DNA from: Podarcis pityusensis
Lineage: Eukaryota
NCBI GenBank assembly: GCA_964106645.2
Contig: OZ067040.1
Length of the DNA stretch: 64,000 nt
Reading direction: 5' to 3' (one strand)
Positions 13,785-26,944 of the stretch are shown in pieces (positions within the stretch are counted from its first letter, which is position 1; every line of letters starts with the position of its first letter). Under the pieces are notes generated by a model that did not search any database, had not been told where the DNA came from, and saw only the letters and a list, made by a program, of their open reading frames with translations. Position numbers and translations under genes: made by a program.

Positions 13785-14439
13785 TCTGGTGGTCATAGCA
13801 CATGTTAATGACCTCCAATTTGTCTGGCGCACTTATCCTGCCATTTGAAACGGCTTATCCTGTTTTTGTTTTCTTTAATGCTGATAGGATTTAACTTTTG
13901 ATATGTTTATATGGTGAAGAGAATGACAGCACAAAAGACTACGCACAATACCCAAGGCACTTGCTCCAGTCAAGTGAAAGAGGCAATGTGGTGAGGGCAA
14001 GAAAATGACACATAGCAGAAGCCGTCAAAGCCAATGCATTCCTTCAGCCTCAGCTAAGAGAAAGGTTTAGGCAAGAGGGGAGGGGAGAGAGAAAAGCCAT
14101 GAAGCTAAACAAAGGCAGACATTTACAGCGGTTATCTATTAAGCTAAACAGAGGCAAACGTTTATAGTTGTCGGCTGAAAGAATCTTGATAAAAATCTTG
14201 TAACAAGGCTGGTGCCAAAATGAGTAAGTGTGGGTGCCTAATATACTGTGGCTTCTAAATAAATTTTAGCTAGTAGTAAGCAGCAGGTATAACATCAGAG
14301 GGAAGATATTGCAACAGCCGCTGCTTTCTGTACTGCAGAGGGAAGGAAATTTATTTTTTAAACTTTTTTCTTTTTTGTATGCTGAGACTCCTATTGCTCC
14401 ATTTCTATTCCATCTGCATGGGCTGCCTATTTGATTACG

Positions 14440-14860
14440 AGCCCAATTTACTGTAGAGGTGTTAAACATTAATGGTATAAAAAGCTTGGGGCCAGATTAC
14501 CTGAGAAACTGGCCTTCTCCCTCCTGGACTTTAAAAGCAGCAGCAAAGGCCCTGCTCTCTGTCCCAGACACCTGTGAGATCAAAATGGTGGGTAGGAAAG
14601 ACAGGTCCTTTCCAGCAGCAGTGCCAGCACTATGGGATGCTTTGTCAGCAGAGATCCAGGACAGCTTGTTATCATCCTCTCCCCTTCTTCAGCTGTTTTC
14701 AAGCAACTAAAGAACACTGTTTTATGATCTAGGTTTTAAATTTATTCACTTGTTTATTAAACTTATACCCCAACCTCCATCCCAAAGGAGCGCAGGGCTG
14801 CTAGTGCTTTCAGATTCTTACCTATGTCTGTTTTAATTATTCTGATGGTTTTAATGCAGG
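14440..14860 (+). mobile_element. L2 LINE 3' fragment
   Basis: TGGCTGCC.ATT, LGPDYL and RSFPAAVPALWDALSAEI motifs followed by an AT-rich tail. Confidence 0.65.
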
Positions 14861-15014
14861 GCTAGGGAACTTACTTTTTTCAGCCTGAAGGCTACATTTC
14901 TTTGAGGACAACTTTCTGTGGGCTTGGGCCTAATAATAATAATAATAAGTACGTTCTTCTCTCTATAAAATTTTGGTTAGTAGAAGGGGTTGAAGTGATA
15001 TTGATTTGGGGATA

Positions 15015-15464
15015 CCGTATTTTTCACCCTATAAGATGCACTTTTCCCCCTCCAAAAATGAAGGGGAAATGTGGGTGCGTCCTATGGGGCGAATACAGGT
15101 TTTCGCTGAAGCCTGGAGAGCGAGAGGCTCTCGCTCTCCAGGCTTCAGGAAGCTCTGCGCAACCCTCCGGAGCCCGGCACGAAGCCGCGCCGGCCTCCGG
15201 AGGGTTGCGCAGAGCTGCCTGCATTAGGAAGCCTCAGCACGCCTGGGCTTCGCACAGCTGTCCGCAAGCCTAGGTAGACCGGCACGGCTCCCTAGGCTTG
15301 CGGATAGCAGGCTCTTCTGGGGGCTGGGGTCGGGGGAAGCTCGGGCTTCCCCCGCGCCAGCCCCGTGCCTGGGGGGGGAAATAATTTTTTTCCCTTTCTT
15401 TCCCCCCCCCAAAAAACTAGGTGCGTCCTATAGGGCGGTGCGTCCTATGGGGCGAAAAATACGG
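15015..15464. mobile_element. Non-autonomous Tc1/mariner (pogo/Tigger-type) element, GC-rich
   Basis: TIRs CCGTATTTTTCACCCTATAAGATGCAC / GTGCGTCCTATGGGGCGAAAAATACGG, TA TSD on both sides, subterminal repeats and internal palindromes. Confidence 0.9.
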
Positions 15465-17182
15465 TAAATGCTGGCCATGCCTGCTGTGCTTGCTATTCTT
15501 CCCTGTAATATATACTCAGCCTATACATTTGCAAAATGGTTACAAAGACACCACCATGTACAATATTTTCTCCTTCGAAGGAAATTGATCCAGCAGTATC
15601 TGATTTATCTAAATGAGCTTTCTTGGAGATCAATTTCCTGATCGATCAGTCTCCATGGAGATCAGTTACCTGGCCAACTAGAAAAATATAATTATATGGA
15701 TGCATTTAGCACCACATGTAACAGAGGGGTGCCACAATGGAACTGAAATGCTGAGTTGGGGCCATGGCTCCATTCCATGAGTGGGTTAGTAATAGACATC
15801 AATAGTCTCTATAGGCTCTGAAGTCTGTGTAGATCAATTGTTTCAATGCAACATCTTGCCTATTCATCTTCCACCAAGCAATAGGCTTTTAGGCTGCACT
15901 CTAGGTTGTCTAGATGCACACAACTAACTAGAGTAACCCACAGGCATCAGTGAGAGACCACTATAAGAAAAAATGGGGAGGGGGAACTAAAACTTCATGT
16001 CTGTCTTTATCTATCTATAATGTGCTAATTATTCCAGTCATGAAGGTTTAATGGTAACTGGAAAAGTCAGATCTATACAGGGGACAATAAAAATGCCTTT
16101 GTTGGCATCTATGGATTTATTGCAAACTTCCATCAAAATAAAATTTAACCCAGATTGTAAATTCATTTTTTTGTAACGTACAGACACAAATTGATCCATC
16201 TGTTCTGTAATAATCCAACATCCAGCTGCCATAAAGAAGTTGGTCGCCTGCCATTTGAGCATGCAAGAGCTTTTAAAAATGCACATAAAAGTCTCATGGA
16301 AGCAGGAACCCATGCTATTTGGGAGCTAATTAAATCAAGAGATCTACCCGTCACAAATGTATTCTCTGACTCTAGCAGCAAGTGCATTGTGATTGAGAGC
16401 TGTATGCTTTAGCAGTGGGGACCATATCCAACAGAAAGGCTTCTTGCTGAAATGTTGCTTCGGTGTACAAATCTTCCAATGCTAATGAAAAACACAAAGT
16501 CAGATGTGTTGAGCATTACAGATTGCTGTTGTCAGCCTCAGAACCTGGAGCCATTGTTTACTAGAGAATGTCTTACTTTTGGTCTCCATTCATCAAGAAA
16601 CAGCATCACCCCCGAACTTGCTATTCTTACGGGTTAGATGACAGAAATGATTGCATTAAACCAGTCCCCATAAATAATGAATGATCTTCAATTTACTGCC
16701 TCCCTTTTTTTTGCCCCACTTCTATATTTGGTAGCAAATAAAAGTCTTCACACATGAAGAAAAGGGCATGCATCTTTGTCAGGTTTCACTAAAACAATTA
16801 TGTAAAACACCTCAAACTTTCCTTTTGCTGGAGGAGGTGAAATTTGACCTTGCAAAGATTTGTCCCAAATCCTATTGTTATAGGAGCACAGAAAACCAAG
16901 TACTATTTGGAAGTGGCGATAGGCAAAGCTGTAAATTTTGGTTTCTCGTTTTTCCATTTTCCCATTCAATTCATCACATTTCCACATCAGCTTGCAATTC
17001 TTTAAAAAACCTCATCAGAATTTTGGTGTGAATTTTTCCTAATGCACATATTTTTGTATTATGCAATAATCACACTTTTCCAGAGTCATTTCCCTTTTAT
17101 GGTGCATTTTGTATGCTTTTGCCAATAATATGTGTATTTTGATGCACATTTTACCCTCGTAGATGAACATTTGTATGCATTA

Positions 17183-17427
17183 CAGCGGTACCTCTAGTTG
17201 CGGACACGATCCGCTCCAAGGTGCCGTTCGCAACCCGAAAAGTCCGCAACTAGAGCAGCGCTTCTGCGCAAGTGCGGAGCGCGATAGAGCACTTCTGCAC
17301 ATGTGCAAAGCGTGCAGAACACTTATGCGTGCGTGCGGTGGAACCCGGAATTATACACTTCCAGGTTCGCCGCGTTCGCAGGCCGAATAGACGCAACATG
17401 AACTGAACGCAACATAAGGTATGACTG
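17183..17427. mobile_element. Tigger-like MITE
   Basis: TA|CAGCGGTACCT...AGGTATGACTG|TA imperfect TIRs with TA TSD. Confidence 0.8.
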
Positions 17428-17503
17428 TACAGTACTTGGTTGGAAAACTGCATTTCAAAATATGGAAAAGTGTGAATTATGAAAGATAGTTGTGTTTTCA
17501 TTA

Positions 17504-17745
17504 CAGTGGTACCTCAGGTTAAGTACTTAATTTGTTCCGGAGGTCTGTTCTTAACCCGAAACTGTTCTTAACCTGAAGCACCACTTTAGCTAATGGGGCC
17601 TCCTGCTGCCGCCACGCCGTCGGAGCACGATTTCTGTTCTCATCCTGAAGCAAAATTCTTAACCCAAGGTAATATTTCTGGGTTAGCGGAGTCTGTAACC
17701 TGAAGCGTATGTAACCTGAAGTGTATGTAACCCGAGGTACCACTG
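17504..17745 (+). mobile_element. Tigger-like MITE, 242 bp (copy 1)
   Basis: TIR CAGTGGTACCTC.GGTTA, TA TSD, internal TAACCTGAAG repeats. Confidence 0.92.
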
Positions 17746-19368
17746 TATTGTATTGTTTCAGAAAGTGCAAATAAGGAAGGTTTGCCTTTAAATGGCACTG
17801 AATTGAATTTCTTCTCTATCCTTACTTGGAAAGCATTTAATAGTAGTTTGAATTTCTTGTGCCCCATAATGCGATGGACAGCAGCTTATACAGGACACAT
17901 GAGTTGGATGCAAAAGTTCCCTTTCTCTCTCAGAAGGAGCCCTCCTTTGATAAATGGATTCCTTTCACTGAATGAAGGTCTCCCTTCTGTCAGAGGAAGC
18001 TGCTTCTGGCTGAGAAAGGTGACCTTTGGATGTAACCTAGCTTGTCAGCTGCTTTCAAAGCAGTCTATAGTCTACACTAAAAATCAAATATCTGCATCAG
18101 GCTGGATTCTGTGACCTGCATAAACTTATCAATTTAGCAAATGCAGATTTTAAAAAAACCAAAACCCAAATGCTTATTTACAGCTTCTCTTCCATCTTTC
18201 CATTCTGTTGGGTGTTTCCAGTGGCTCACAAAATTTTTGAAACAACCAATCAGCTTCAATAAAAGTGCATTAAAATAGGAATCTGAAACCAACCACTGAA
18301 CTCATTTATTCCAAGCAATATCTTGTTTGCCTTCTTAAGTTCACAGCAGATTTTGTACACCAGAAAGAACCCTGAAGTAATATTTCATGGTCTATCAGTT
18401 GCTAGAGTGGTTTATGCTTGTTGGATATGTAAGGAGATGCCTGTGAAATAAGAATGGCTTGGGAAACTGTGGGATATTATGAAAATGGTCAAATGCAGGA
18501 GAATTCATTAACTTATTATAGAGCCCAGTAGTTGTTTTTAGTTTTGTTTTTTTAAAAAAAACACAACCCAATGTGAATAGTGAAGCCGCTTACAGAGGGT
18601 AATATTCTGCTTATCATTAATTATTTTACCTTACAGAAGTATGGTTGTATATAAATTACCTAAATATGGAGGATAGTTTTAACTTTTGTGTGTTTTGATA
18701 ATTCCCTCTCCTGAACACTTTGACCACGAAATTATTGTCTTAAACCAGAATCATATCTCAGCAAACAGAGCTTTCTTTGAAAATTTTTCACAATAGCCAT
18801 TTCCCATTGCTGGACATGTGCTCTCCTGTTTGGTTTAAAGCAGTGGTTTGGCTCTTCAGCAGTCAGAATTGCTGTAGCGAAAAGGAAAAGGAAACACCAC
18901 CGGAAATTCTTGGTACCGTGACTGAACAGCAAGCAACCAAGGAAGAACCAGTGGTGGTGGAAGACTAGTTTGCTACACTGCATGTCCATAGAATCTTCTG
19001 AATATCTGTACTGGCATGAGCCAACGAGGGTGTTAGCCTGAACAGGCTGCTAAGGATTCTGCGCTACTGCCCTTCCTGCTTCTTAACCACACAGCAGCAG
19101 CAAGAAGAAGGAGCATGAATCTCCTTCCGCCTTCTCACATTGGCATATGTGTTCATGCCACATGGATATATTCCAAATATCAAGGAGAGGCTAACATGTG
19201 GCCTTCAGGATTTTGATGAACTGCAGCTCCTAGCATCCCTGCCAGTGGGTCAAGCTGGCTGTAGGCTGGTGGAAGATGGAGACCAGCAATATCCAGAAGG
19301 CCACAGGCTAGCTACAAGACAAAAAGACAAACATCATAGCTACTTAATGAGCCGGTAGGATGGCATAC

Positions 19369-19524
19369 CTTGTATCCAGGTTTCCTCCCTCGCTTCTTTG
19401 GAATCTTCACAACAGGCAGAGAACCAGCTGGTGCAGAATAGAGGTTATGAACAGCCATTTTCATAGGCGTCGAATGCAGCGGGGGTCTTCCTCTTTTTCG
19501 ACCTGGTATTCTGGGAGACTGCAT
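19369..19524 (-). CDS. SCML4: SCML4 coding exon with the canonical start (MQSPRIPGRKRGRPP...KKRGRKPGYK); full exon spans 19369-19580
   Basis: 52 aa closely match the recalled human SCML4 N-terminus (MQSQRIPGRKRGRPSLHSTPMKMAVHNLYSA...KIPKKRGRKPGYK), with AT-hook-like/basic RGRP and KKRGRKP motifs. Acceptor ttaaattacag at 19581-19582, donor AAG|gtatgc at 19367-19368, phase 0. Confidence 0.96.
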
Positions 19525-21889
19525 GTCCACAGTATCCAGTCTTGGAGGCAGTGATGGCAAATGATTCATAAGTAAAGGAGCTGTAATTTAATTTAAAAAA
19601 AGTTATATTGTTGAAAATGGGGGTGGGTGGGGAAGAGAGAACCACAAACAAATTTTGTAAGCAAGGTAGAGAAATGGTCACCATCCATCTCCCATAGTGG
19701 TCCCTCCCTCTCCCAGCTAGCACCGCAGGGGTGTCTGAAGGACCATCTTCCTCCATTACATTTTATCGTTATCACCAATGTCATGGGGAAAATAATGTGC
19801 CCATCCACAATGACAGAACACACTTCTAATCACAGTGGGTTCAATCCAGACTGCTATTTCTGAGCTGAAAGGCCCCTTCTGCTCACAGAAGTCTTTCGAT
19901 GTAATGGAGGAAACCCACGGGGAAAAGGGATGAATCAATTTCCTCTTATCCCCCCCCCCCTTCTCTACAGTCCCCACCCTGTTGTGGGAACATGCCTCAA
20001 TCCCTCTAGTCAGATTTTTGGAAGGACTGTGGGGCAGAGAAATAAGCAAAAGTCTCTGTAATGTATGCATTATCAACTAAATACTTGACATATGGCCCCT
20101 TTAAGAGAAACAGCTATGACCCAGGGGGGCCAACTGCTGGACAGCAGACTCACAGGTATGCCCTGGCTAGAGTGTTAGTTTCTGCTTCGTGCAGGCTCCC
20201 AGGCCTCATCAAGAATAAAACTCAATAGCCATTACCTCAGCTTCTAGTGTGTTCCTATAGAAGGACACCTGTTCACCTTCCACTGCCCAGAGGATGCTCC
20301 TGCCAGTAGGAGCAAAACCTGGAGCCAAGCCACTAACCATGGAAAGGACGGTTTCTGCATGGCTGGAACAGAGACTTCTGTATAGATGTAAAACTCGTAT
20401 CTGTTGCTCCACCCACTTTTTTACTTTAGTCATGGCCACTTTTGCATTTGGCTGTTGACAGGTGGACCCAGGACAGTTGTCTTTGGACTGAAAAAGGTTC
20501 CCCATTCCTTCTTTAATCTATGGATTAAGGACACATCTGTCTTCAGTTTGCACTGTGCAATACCATCATGCCTCATAGCTTCCCACATTTTGGTTAAGTT
20601 TGGTGTGAATGCTCAGTTCTAGGAGATGCTTGCATATTAGGTGTTGCCTATAGAATTGCCATACTTTATTGACTCCATTTCTAAAGAACTTCTACATGAT
20701 TTCATCTCAGGTCATTGTCCTCCTGCAACTTTCCTATGCTCCATTTGTCCAACTTTTTTAAAAAAAAGAACAGAACACTAGCACAATCTCCACAGGTCTC
20801 TATCACTACCCTATTTTGATGTTTATAGGTTGAGCCTATCTCTTGCATCCATCCTTCAGCTGCCACTATCAGCCAGCACCATTTCAGCCATGTATTTCTT
20901 AAATCAGCACTTCAATTTCTGCTTATTTTACTCATTCTTTAAAAACTATTACAATATTGATGCAATAATGTGCTTTAGCACACGCAGACAAAACACATTT
21001 TTCCCTCCACAAAGCAAAGAGTAAACAATCCTTAAATCTTAAAATGAGAGATACAACTGTTTGGCTTGACCTGGAAATTATCATTTTAGACCTCGCAGCT
21101 CTTCTTCTCCATCTCTGATGCACACAGGCTAGCTAAAGTTATCCAAATGGTGAGAGAAATGCACTTTGCAAAGGGCTAGAAAAATCTCCATGTTACATGA
21201 AAGTTCCCAGACTGATTGGTGGCATTGAAAACTGCTTTTGGCCTCAGACAAGGTGAGACTCAGGCACAGTGACCAATGGCTTGTTTGTAGCATGTAGTAT
21301 TAATCCCCATTACATTGAGGTTAATATATTGGAGAAGCCAGAAAATATGACATGAAATTATTGTAGATGACACCAATAAGGCTTCCATAATTATGAATGT
21401 ATTTACGCAAAATGATCCTTAGAAAAAGGAGCAGAGATGACTCCAATTTTGTGCTGAAGCAAATGCATTTGTTTTTGAAGCTACTCAATAATAGATCTTT
21501 TAAACAGAGTTACAGGCACTTACTCTGCTCAGATAGATCCATTATACGCTGTAAGATTTGAAGATTGGTTATAACACCATTAACACCAGCTGTCCAAAAC
21601 TCTCAAACACATGGTAAAAGGTCTAACATCATATAAAACCACATGCTGAGTAAAGAAGGATGGTAAATACAAAGAGGCTAAATTAATAGATTGCCTAGAA
21701 ATGATGTGATAAGGCTGCAGAGACAGACCCCACCAGCTTTTTACACACACATTCTATTGATATAATTTTTTCTCTTTCAAAGTAGAGATTTCCGATAATT
21801 GTGCAGGACTTTTCCCCTCCTCACATCCAGACATAGTCACAATTGGAAAAGCACACAGAAAGCAAAAGGTTGGTTCATAAGAGACGATC

Positions 21890-22010
21890 AGCACACCAAA
21901 ATCCACATTTGGGCAATACCTTTATCAGAACTAACAAAAATGTCATAAAATAAGGGCAATTTTTCTCCAGCTCTCTTTGGCAAGATGTTACACAAAGCAG
22001 GAAGTAGTGG
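21890..22010 (-). mobile_element. Possible degraded Penelope-like terminal repeat
   Basis: GGGCAATACCTTTAT.AG..CTAACAAAAATGTCA.AAAATA resembles squamate Penelope ends; ribozyme core is decayed. Confidence 0.35.
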
Positions 22011-25000
22011 GACAAGGAAAAATCCTAAGAAAAAAATTCCGGCAATTAGGGTCAGGTGCTATAGCCGGCAGTCAGCTTTCAGACTCATTTCCAAGATGGA
22101 AACTACATACCGAATAAGTCTCTGCTGGGTGGTGTATATCATACAACAAAGATTCTGAGACACAGAAACAACGGCTGCTCTCCGTTTTTGAAAGCACAAA
22201 GGTTACCCAGATCTGTGGCATGCAGTAATGGAAACACATTGGTTCCTGGTTAGACAGAAAGCAGAAGTAAAGAGAAGCTGGGCCTTTGTGGATTGGTCTT
22301 ACACGCCGGGATATCTGCAGGAGTTTTTCCAGAGGAGGGCAAGGTAAAATATGGAAAGTGAGGAGCAAGCTAGCTTCTCAGAAAAAATGAGAAGACTATG
22401 CCAGAAACATACAAGGAAGGAAGGTAGGAAGGTTGGGATCTGTGGATATTGGAAGTGCAATTTCCCCTTGACCCTAGTCCCTAGATGGCCATGCTTTAAT
22501 GTAACAATAGTTTCTTACTCTGCTTTTTGAAATGTCAGAGAGTGGTGCTAGAAAGTGTTGTAGCTGTATTGACATTTAAAATTGTATTTTATGTCTTCCT
22601 GTTAGAGTCACTTCTAAAGAGATTATAGTTTCTGCTTGCTTCTCTTCATACTGTTATCTAATGTTATATTCAGATTGTTACTTTTACTGATTGTTTATTT
22701 GCTTATGCTGATTGGTTTATATTGTTAGTCATTTTGGGTTTCTTTGTAAAATAAGTTCTAATATAATTTATTGTCACCCTCATTATGATAAACAGACCCA
22801 CAGGGGCTTTAGAAAGACAGGGTAACAATCCTTATATAGATAAATAGTCCACAGTTCAATTCCAAATGGTTCTCTGGGCAGGTAATATTTAAAACAATAA
22901 ATTGAAAGAATAGCCATCAATATTAAAATATAAAGCAGTGAGACATTAAAAACAGTGGCAGTTCTGAAAACCAAGCAACAGCCAGTAGGATTTTTTAAAG
23001 CACCAAAATATATAGCAATAACTAAAAAGACTCAGCAAATTAAAAAAAATTAATTACCTTATGCCAGAAAATAATAAGGAAGGTGGATATATTCAAAGCT
23101 GGTATTCAACTTGATGGGAAGCCTAGTGAAAGAGGTGGTAGTCTGATCACAGCCCATCTTTAGGTGTCACCAAGATGGCTGGTAAGCAGCTTTATCACAC
23201 TTCACACAAAATATCTAATCATATTTAGAGCTGGAAAACCAATGCCCTGAGTAAGTTACTAGGTTGAGCTCTTATTTCCAGGAAAACATCTTTATTATAT
23301 ATTTATTCATATCCCACCTTTTCCCCTGAAAGGAGTCAAGGCTGCGTAAAAATAAGAATTGCTAACAACACAGGAAAAACAGTAATTAAAAAACAATTAA
23401 ACATTAATGGGATTAATTAATAGAACTAAAACGATATACATAGATAAAGGAAAGCAAAGGAAAACCACCCTGGCCCCAACCATTGCTACACTTTCACCTA
23501 ATCTACACGTATGTACACATGAATTGGTAGGAGAACTGCATTGCAAAATACAGGAAAGTGTGGATTTTGAAGGATGGTTGTATGTCAGTTTGCATATTGT
23601 TTCAGAAATTGCGAATTAGGTAAGGCTGCCCTTAATTGCAAACTGAACCAAATTTCCCTCCCACCCCTTTTTTAGGCATCTGCTGAGTACGGATTTGCTT
23701 TTCCATGTCATGCATTTTGACTCCTGTGCCATAGAGAATTCCTGATATCTCATTATTACTATTTAGATTCCCTCTGCCTTATCCCCCCCCCCCCATTTGA
23801 AGCCACCTTACATATATTTGTAAAGCACAAGCATTTTTCTGTTCATCTCATAATCTGGATGCTCTGAATGTTCCCAAGTCATGTGGATAAATGGGAAACA
23901 GAAGAGAAGAGCAGGGGCCATAATTCTACTGCTCATATGCATACATTTGGTTAAATTGTGTCATTTTTAAAAATACTTATTAACTCAAGGCTTGGACCTG
24001 TGAAGCGGCATTCCTGCATTGGCAATGTATCCAATTCTTTGGAAGTATTAATCACTAACGTAAACAGAACACACAACCAGATTGGAAATCAGCAATGTCC
24101 AAAGAATAGCATCTAAGTTCCTGTCTGCCTTCCACCTCTTGCTAAAAAATAATATGTACTATGTCCATATAGCATCTACCTGATCAACAAAAAATCACAA
24201 GCCCAAGCTAGTAAGGAGACAGCAGTTAATTTTCAGGTTCAGTTTCACAGAATAATAGTTTCCTATATAGTTAGCTTAACAGAGTTAAAGGTTCCTTTGG
24301 AGGACAGGAAATTTGATATTCAGGAGATAATACTTGAAAGAAGCAGAGTTCCTTTCATGTTTCTGAGCCTCATGAATGTGAGAAGTAGTATATAAATTAA
24401 CCTGTGGTAATAGGCAGCATTAATGCCTTTATGGACTTTTGATATCATTTGCAAAAGGTCAGGATTGTGGAGTTATAAATGAGTTATATTAACCTTCCAC
24501 TGCAACTCGTATTAATTTTTAAACTTCCAGCTGTATTCCAAGGCAGTGATTCCTAAATCTGGGAGTCAGAGCCAAGGAATGGGCTACTAGAACTTGCTTG
24601 CACGTCGTCGTCGTCCCCCCCCCCCCTCGCAGCTACATGTTGTTGGTATCCTTGTTAGCAAAAAAGAAAAACCTCTCTATGGTATGGGGCTACTCTACAG
24701 GTAAACTACATGCAGACTTGCAGTCCTTGGCCAGTACACACAAAATGGCTGCCAAACAGAAGCCATTTCAAACTTCTCCCACCATGACAGATGTCACCAC
24801 TTACATACAGGACTCACTATGTCCGACAGAGCAATTTTTTATCCACATCTGTATTTGCACTGGGATTAGAAACATTTTCTCTCTCTGCATAAGACCCTTG
24901 TTCATTTTAACTGCTTACTTACTGAATGGAGACAAGACTAGAAGGAGCCACAAAATGGCACACAGCAGCTCTTTTGCTTCCTACACTGTAACAATGAGTA

Positions 25001-26666
25001 AAGAAGCTGCCATTTTGTTGAAAGGCTATACTTAGGGACAAGAAAGGTATGCATAGTTGATGTATAAGCAGGGGAATTTTGTGGTACCTAAGGTTTTCTT
25101 CTTTTTTGCAAGTTTCTCTCAAAACTACTTGTAAAAAGTAATTGCAATCACCACCTCTTCTCGCAAAAATCTCACAGGGAATGACCACAGAATGGAACAA
25201 ACTATATTTGTTTCTGTTCTTTCATTAATAGCATCCTATGTGCATTCATTTCCCTGCATTCTGAAGTTTCCACTGAGGAATTCAAACAGTCGATGGAGGG
25301 GACGGCAGAAATGTTGAAACCAGTGATTTTCTCGTTGTTTCAACATGACCTAATTGACTGCATGTTTTGATATGTGACAAATGCACAGTGCGATTGCAAC
25401 TTTCCACCTCCTGGCGCAAGCCAAATTTCATAAATTTCTCAGGAGGTGGTGATTTTGATCTTGCCACACATCTCTGATATGTCAGGACATTCAAATCACT
25501 TGTCTCCATGCCCACAATTTTATCACAGGTATTTTTATCACGTCGCACACCACTTCAGCTGTTCACCTGAATATACCCACAGAAAATTCACAGTCCAGAC
25601 ATGGGAGTGGGGGAAAGGAAAATAAGGTATTATTAATTACAGATGGGGAGAACGCATCCCCAGCGGCCTTCTCCATATCATTGTTTTTACTTCTTCTAGG
25701 CAACGTGGTACTTGCACAATGAGAAATGGGCAGAGCTGAAAAACTATGACAGTGTTAAATAACCTAGCACACATTATGCTTGCATGCATGACAAGTTACA
25801 TGCATGTTGAAGCCACACAGAGAACTTCACGTCTTTTACGTTCCTGCATGTGCACAGCTCCCTGCGAGGGTGGACTTGGGAAAGTGCAGCACATATAGAC
25901 AGGGCAGGGATGAATAATTCAGGCAGAGAGAAAAATATCTTCATATTTTCATTTGTTTGTTTGTTTGTTTGTTTGTTTAGGGAACCGGGGGGGTTAAATA
26001 AAAGCAGCAGCAGGATAGCAACAGCAGGCAACAGGCAGAGAGGAACAATATTTCAGTTCTATATATTGTTGCAGAGCACAGAGGAGCGGCTTCATGTTGT
26101 GAACAGTTGACTTGGTGGCTGTGACAAAGAACAACAAGATTACTTCACAAATTGAATCCACACTGCATGCACCTGGTTTGGGCTGAGCTTACTAGCTTTT
26201 CATGGTCACCATGTCACAGGATATAAATTATCCCACCTGTGTTTGCATTGAAGCAGAACCCACAATTAAAGTTTTCTTACAGTCCTCAATTGCACCTCCA
26301 TGGAGTCGTACTTAACTGAGGAGGATTTCTTCCCCAAATCCACCAGGACTTCAGAATTAGTGCTCTGACTGCCTTTGTTCTTTTCCTCACTTCGGGGAGG
26401 AAGGAGAATGAGAGTGAATGGGTCCTTGGTGTCATCTCATAGTACATTTTTTAAATAAAAAAGCTGAATTCACCAGCAGTGGCACTTTGCTGTCCTTTAG
26501 GAGATGTTTCTTTGAAGTATGACACTCCAGTGACAGAAGGAAGAGCAGTAGCTGAATACGCCTCTAACTCAGGTTTGGTTAATGAGCCAGAAGAACCTGA
26601 AAGAGTCTTTGAAGGAATGGGACCCAGAGGAGTAGAAGTGACCAACTTCCATTCCTACAGTCTTAC

Positions 26667-26688
26667 CTTTCTTCATTTGGTCTGACAT
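26667..26688 (-). CDS. SCML4: Candidate upstream coding exon of SCML4 (MSDQMKK-A); whole exon about 26667-26737
   Basis: Acceptor ttcttgtctgtag, strong donor AAG|gtaaga, ATG in acaaaaATGt context preceded by an in-frame TAG. The phase-1 end splices in frame into 19580, giving MSDQMKKAPLLMNHLPSLPPRLDTVDMQSPR. Confidence 0.55.
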
Positions 26689-26939
26689 TTTTGTTGAAGA
26701 CTAGCAGCCTATGGCAATGAATTGACGATGTAAAACTCTACAGACAAGAATGATGTAGACAGGGTTTTTTTTAGAAAAAGAAGTAAATATATGAAAAATG
26801 TAGCTGACAAGGGCACGTGATTATCAGGATTTGCTAGGTAGTTTGAGTGCATAAAGAGAGAACAGAAAAAGAAATTATCAAATTCAGGTTTCAGACTTTA
26901 AGGGGGGCAGTTGACACACAGGTATATGCCCTATGAAAG

Positions 26940-26944
<5 letters not shown>

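Noticed and set aside
17504-17745. CRISPR-like spaced repeats (TAACCTGAAG units)
   Set aside because: Internal repeats of a eukaryotic MITE; no unique spacers or cas genes, vertebrate context.
26451-26645. 64-aa S/T/P-rich ORF as an SCML4 exon
   Set aside because: Lies just inside the intron after the 26667 donor, has no ATG start or splice support, and no known similarity.
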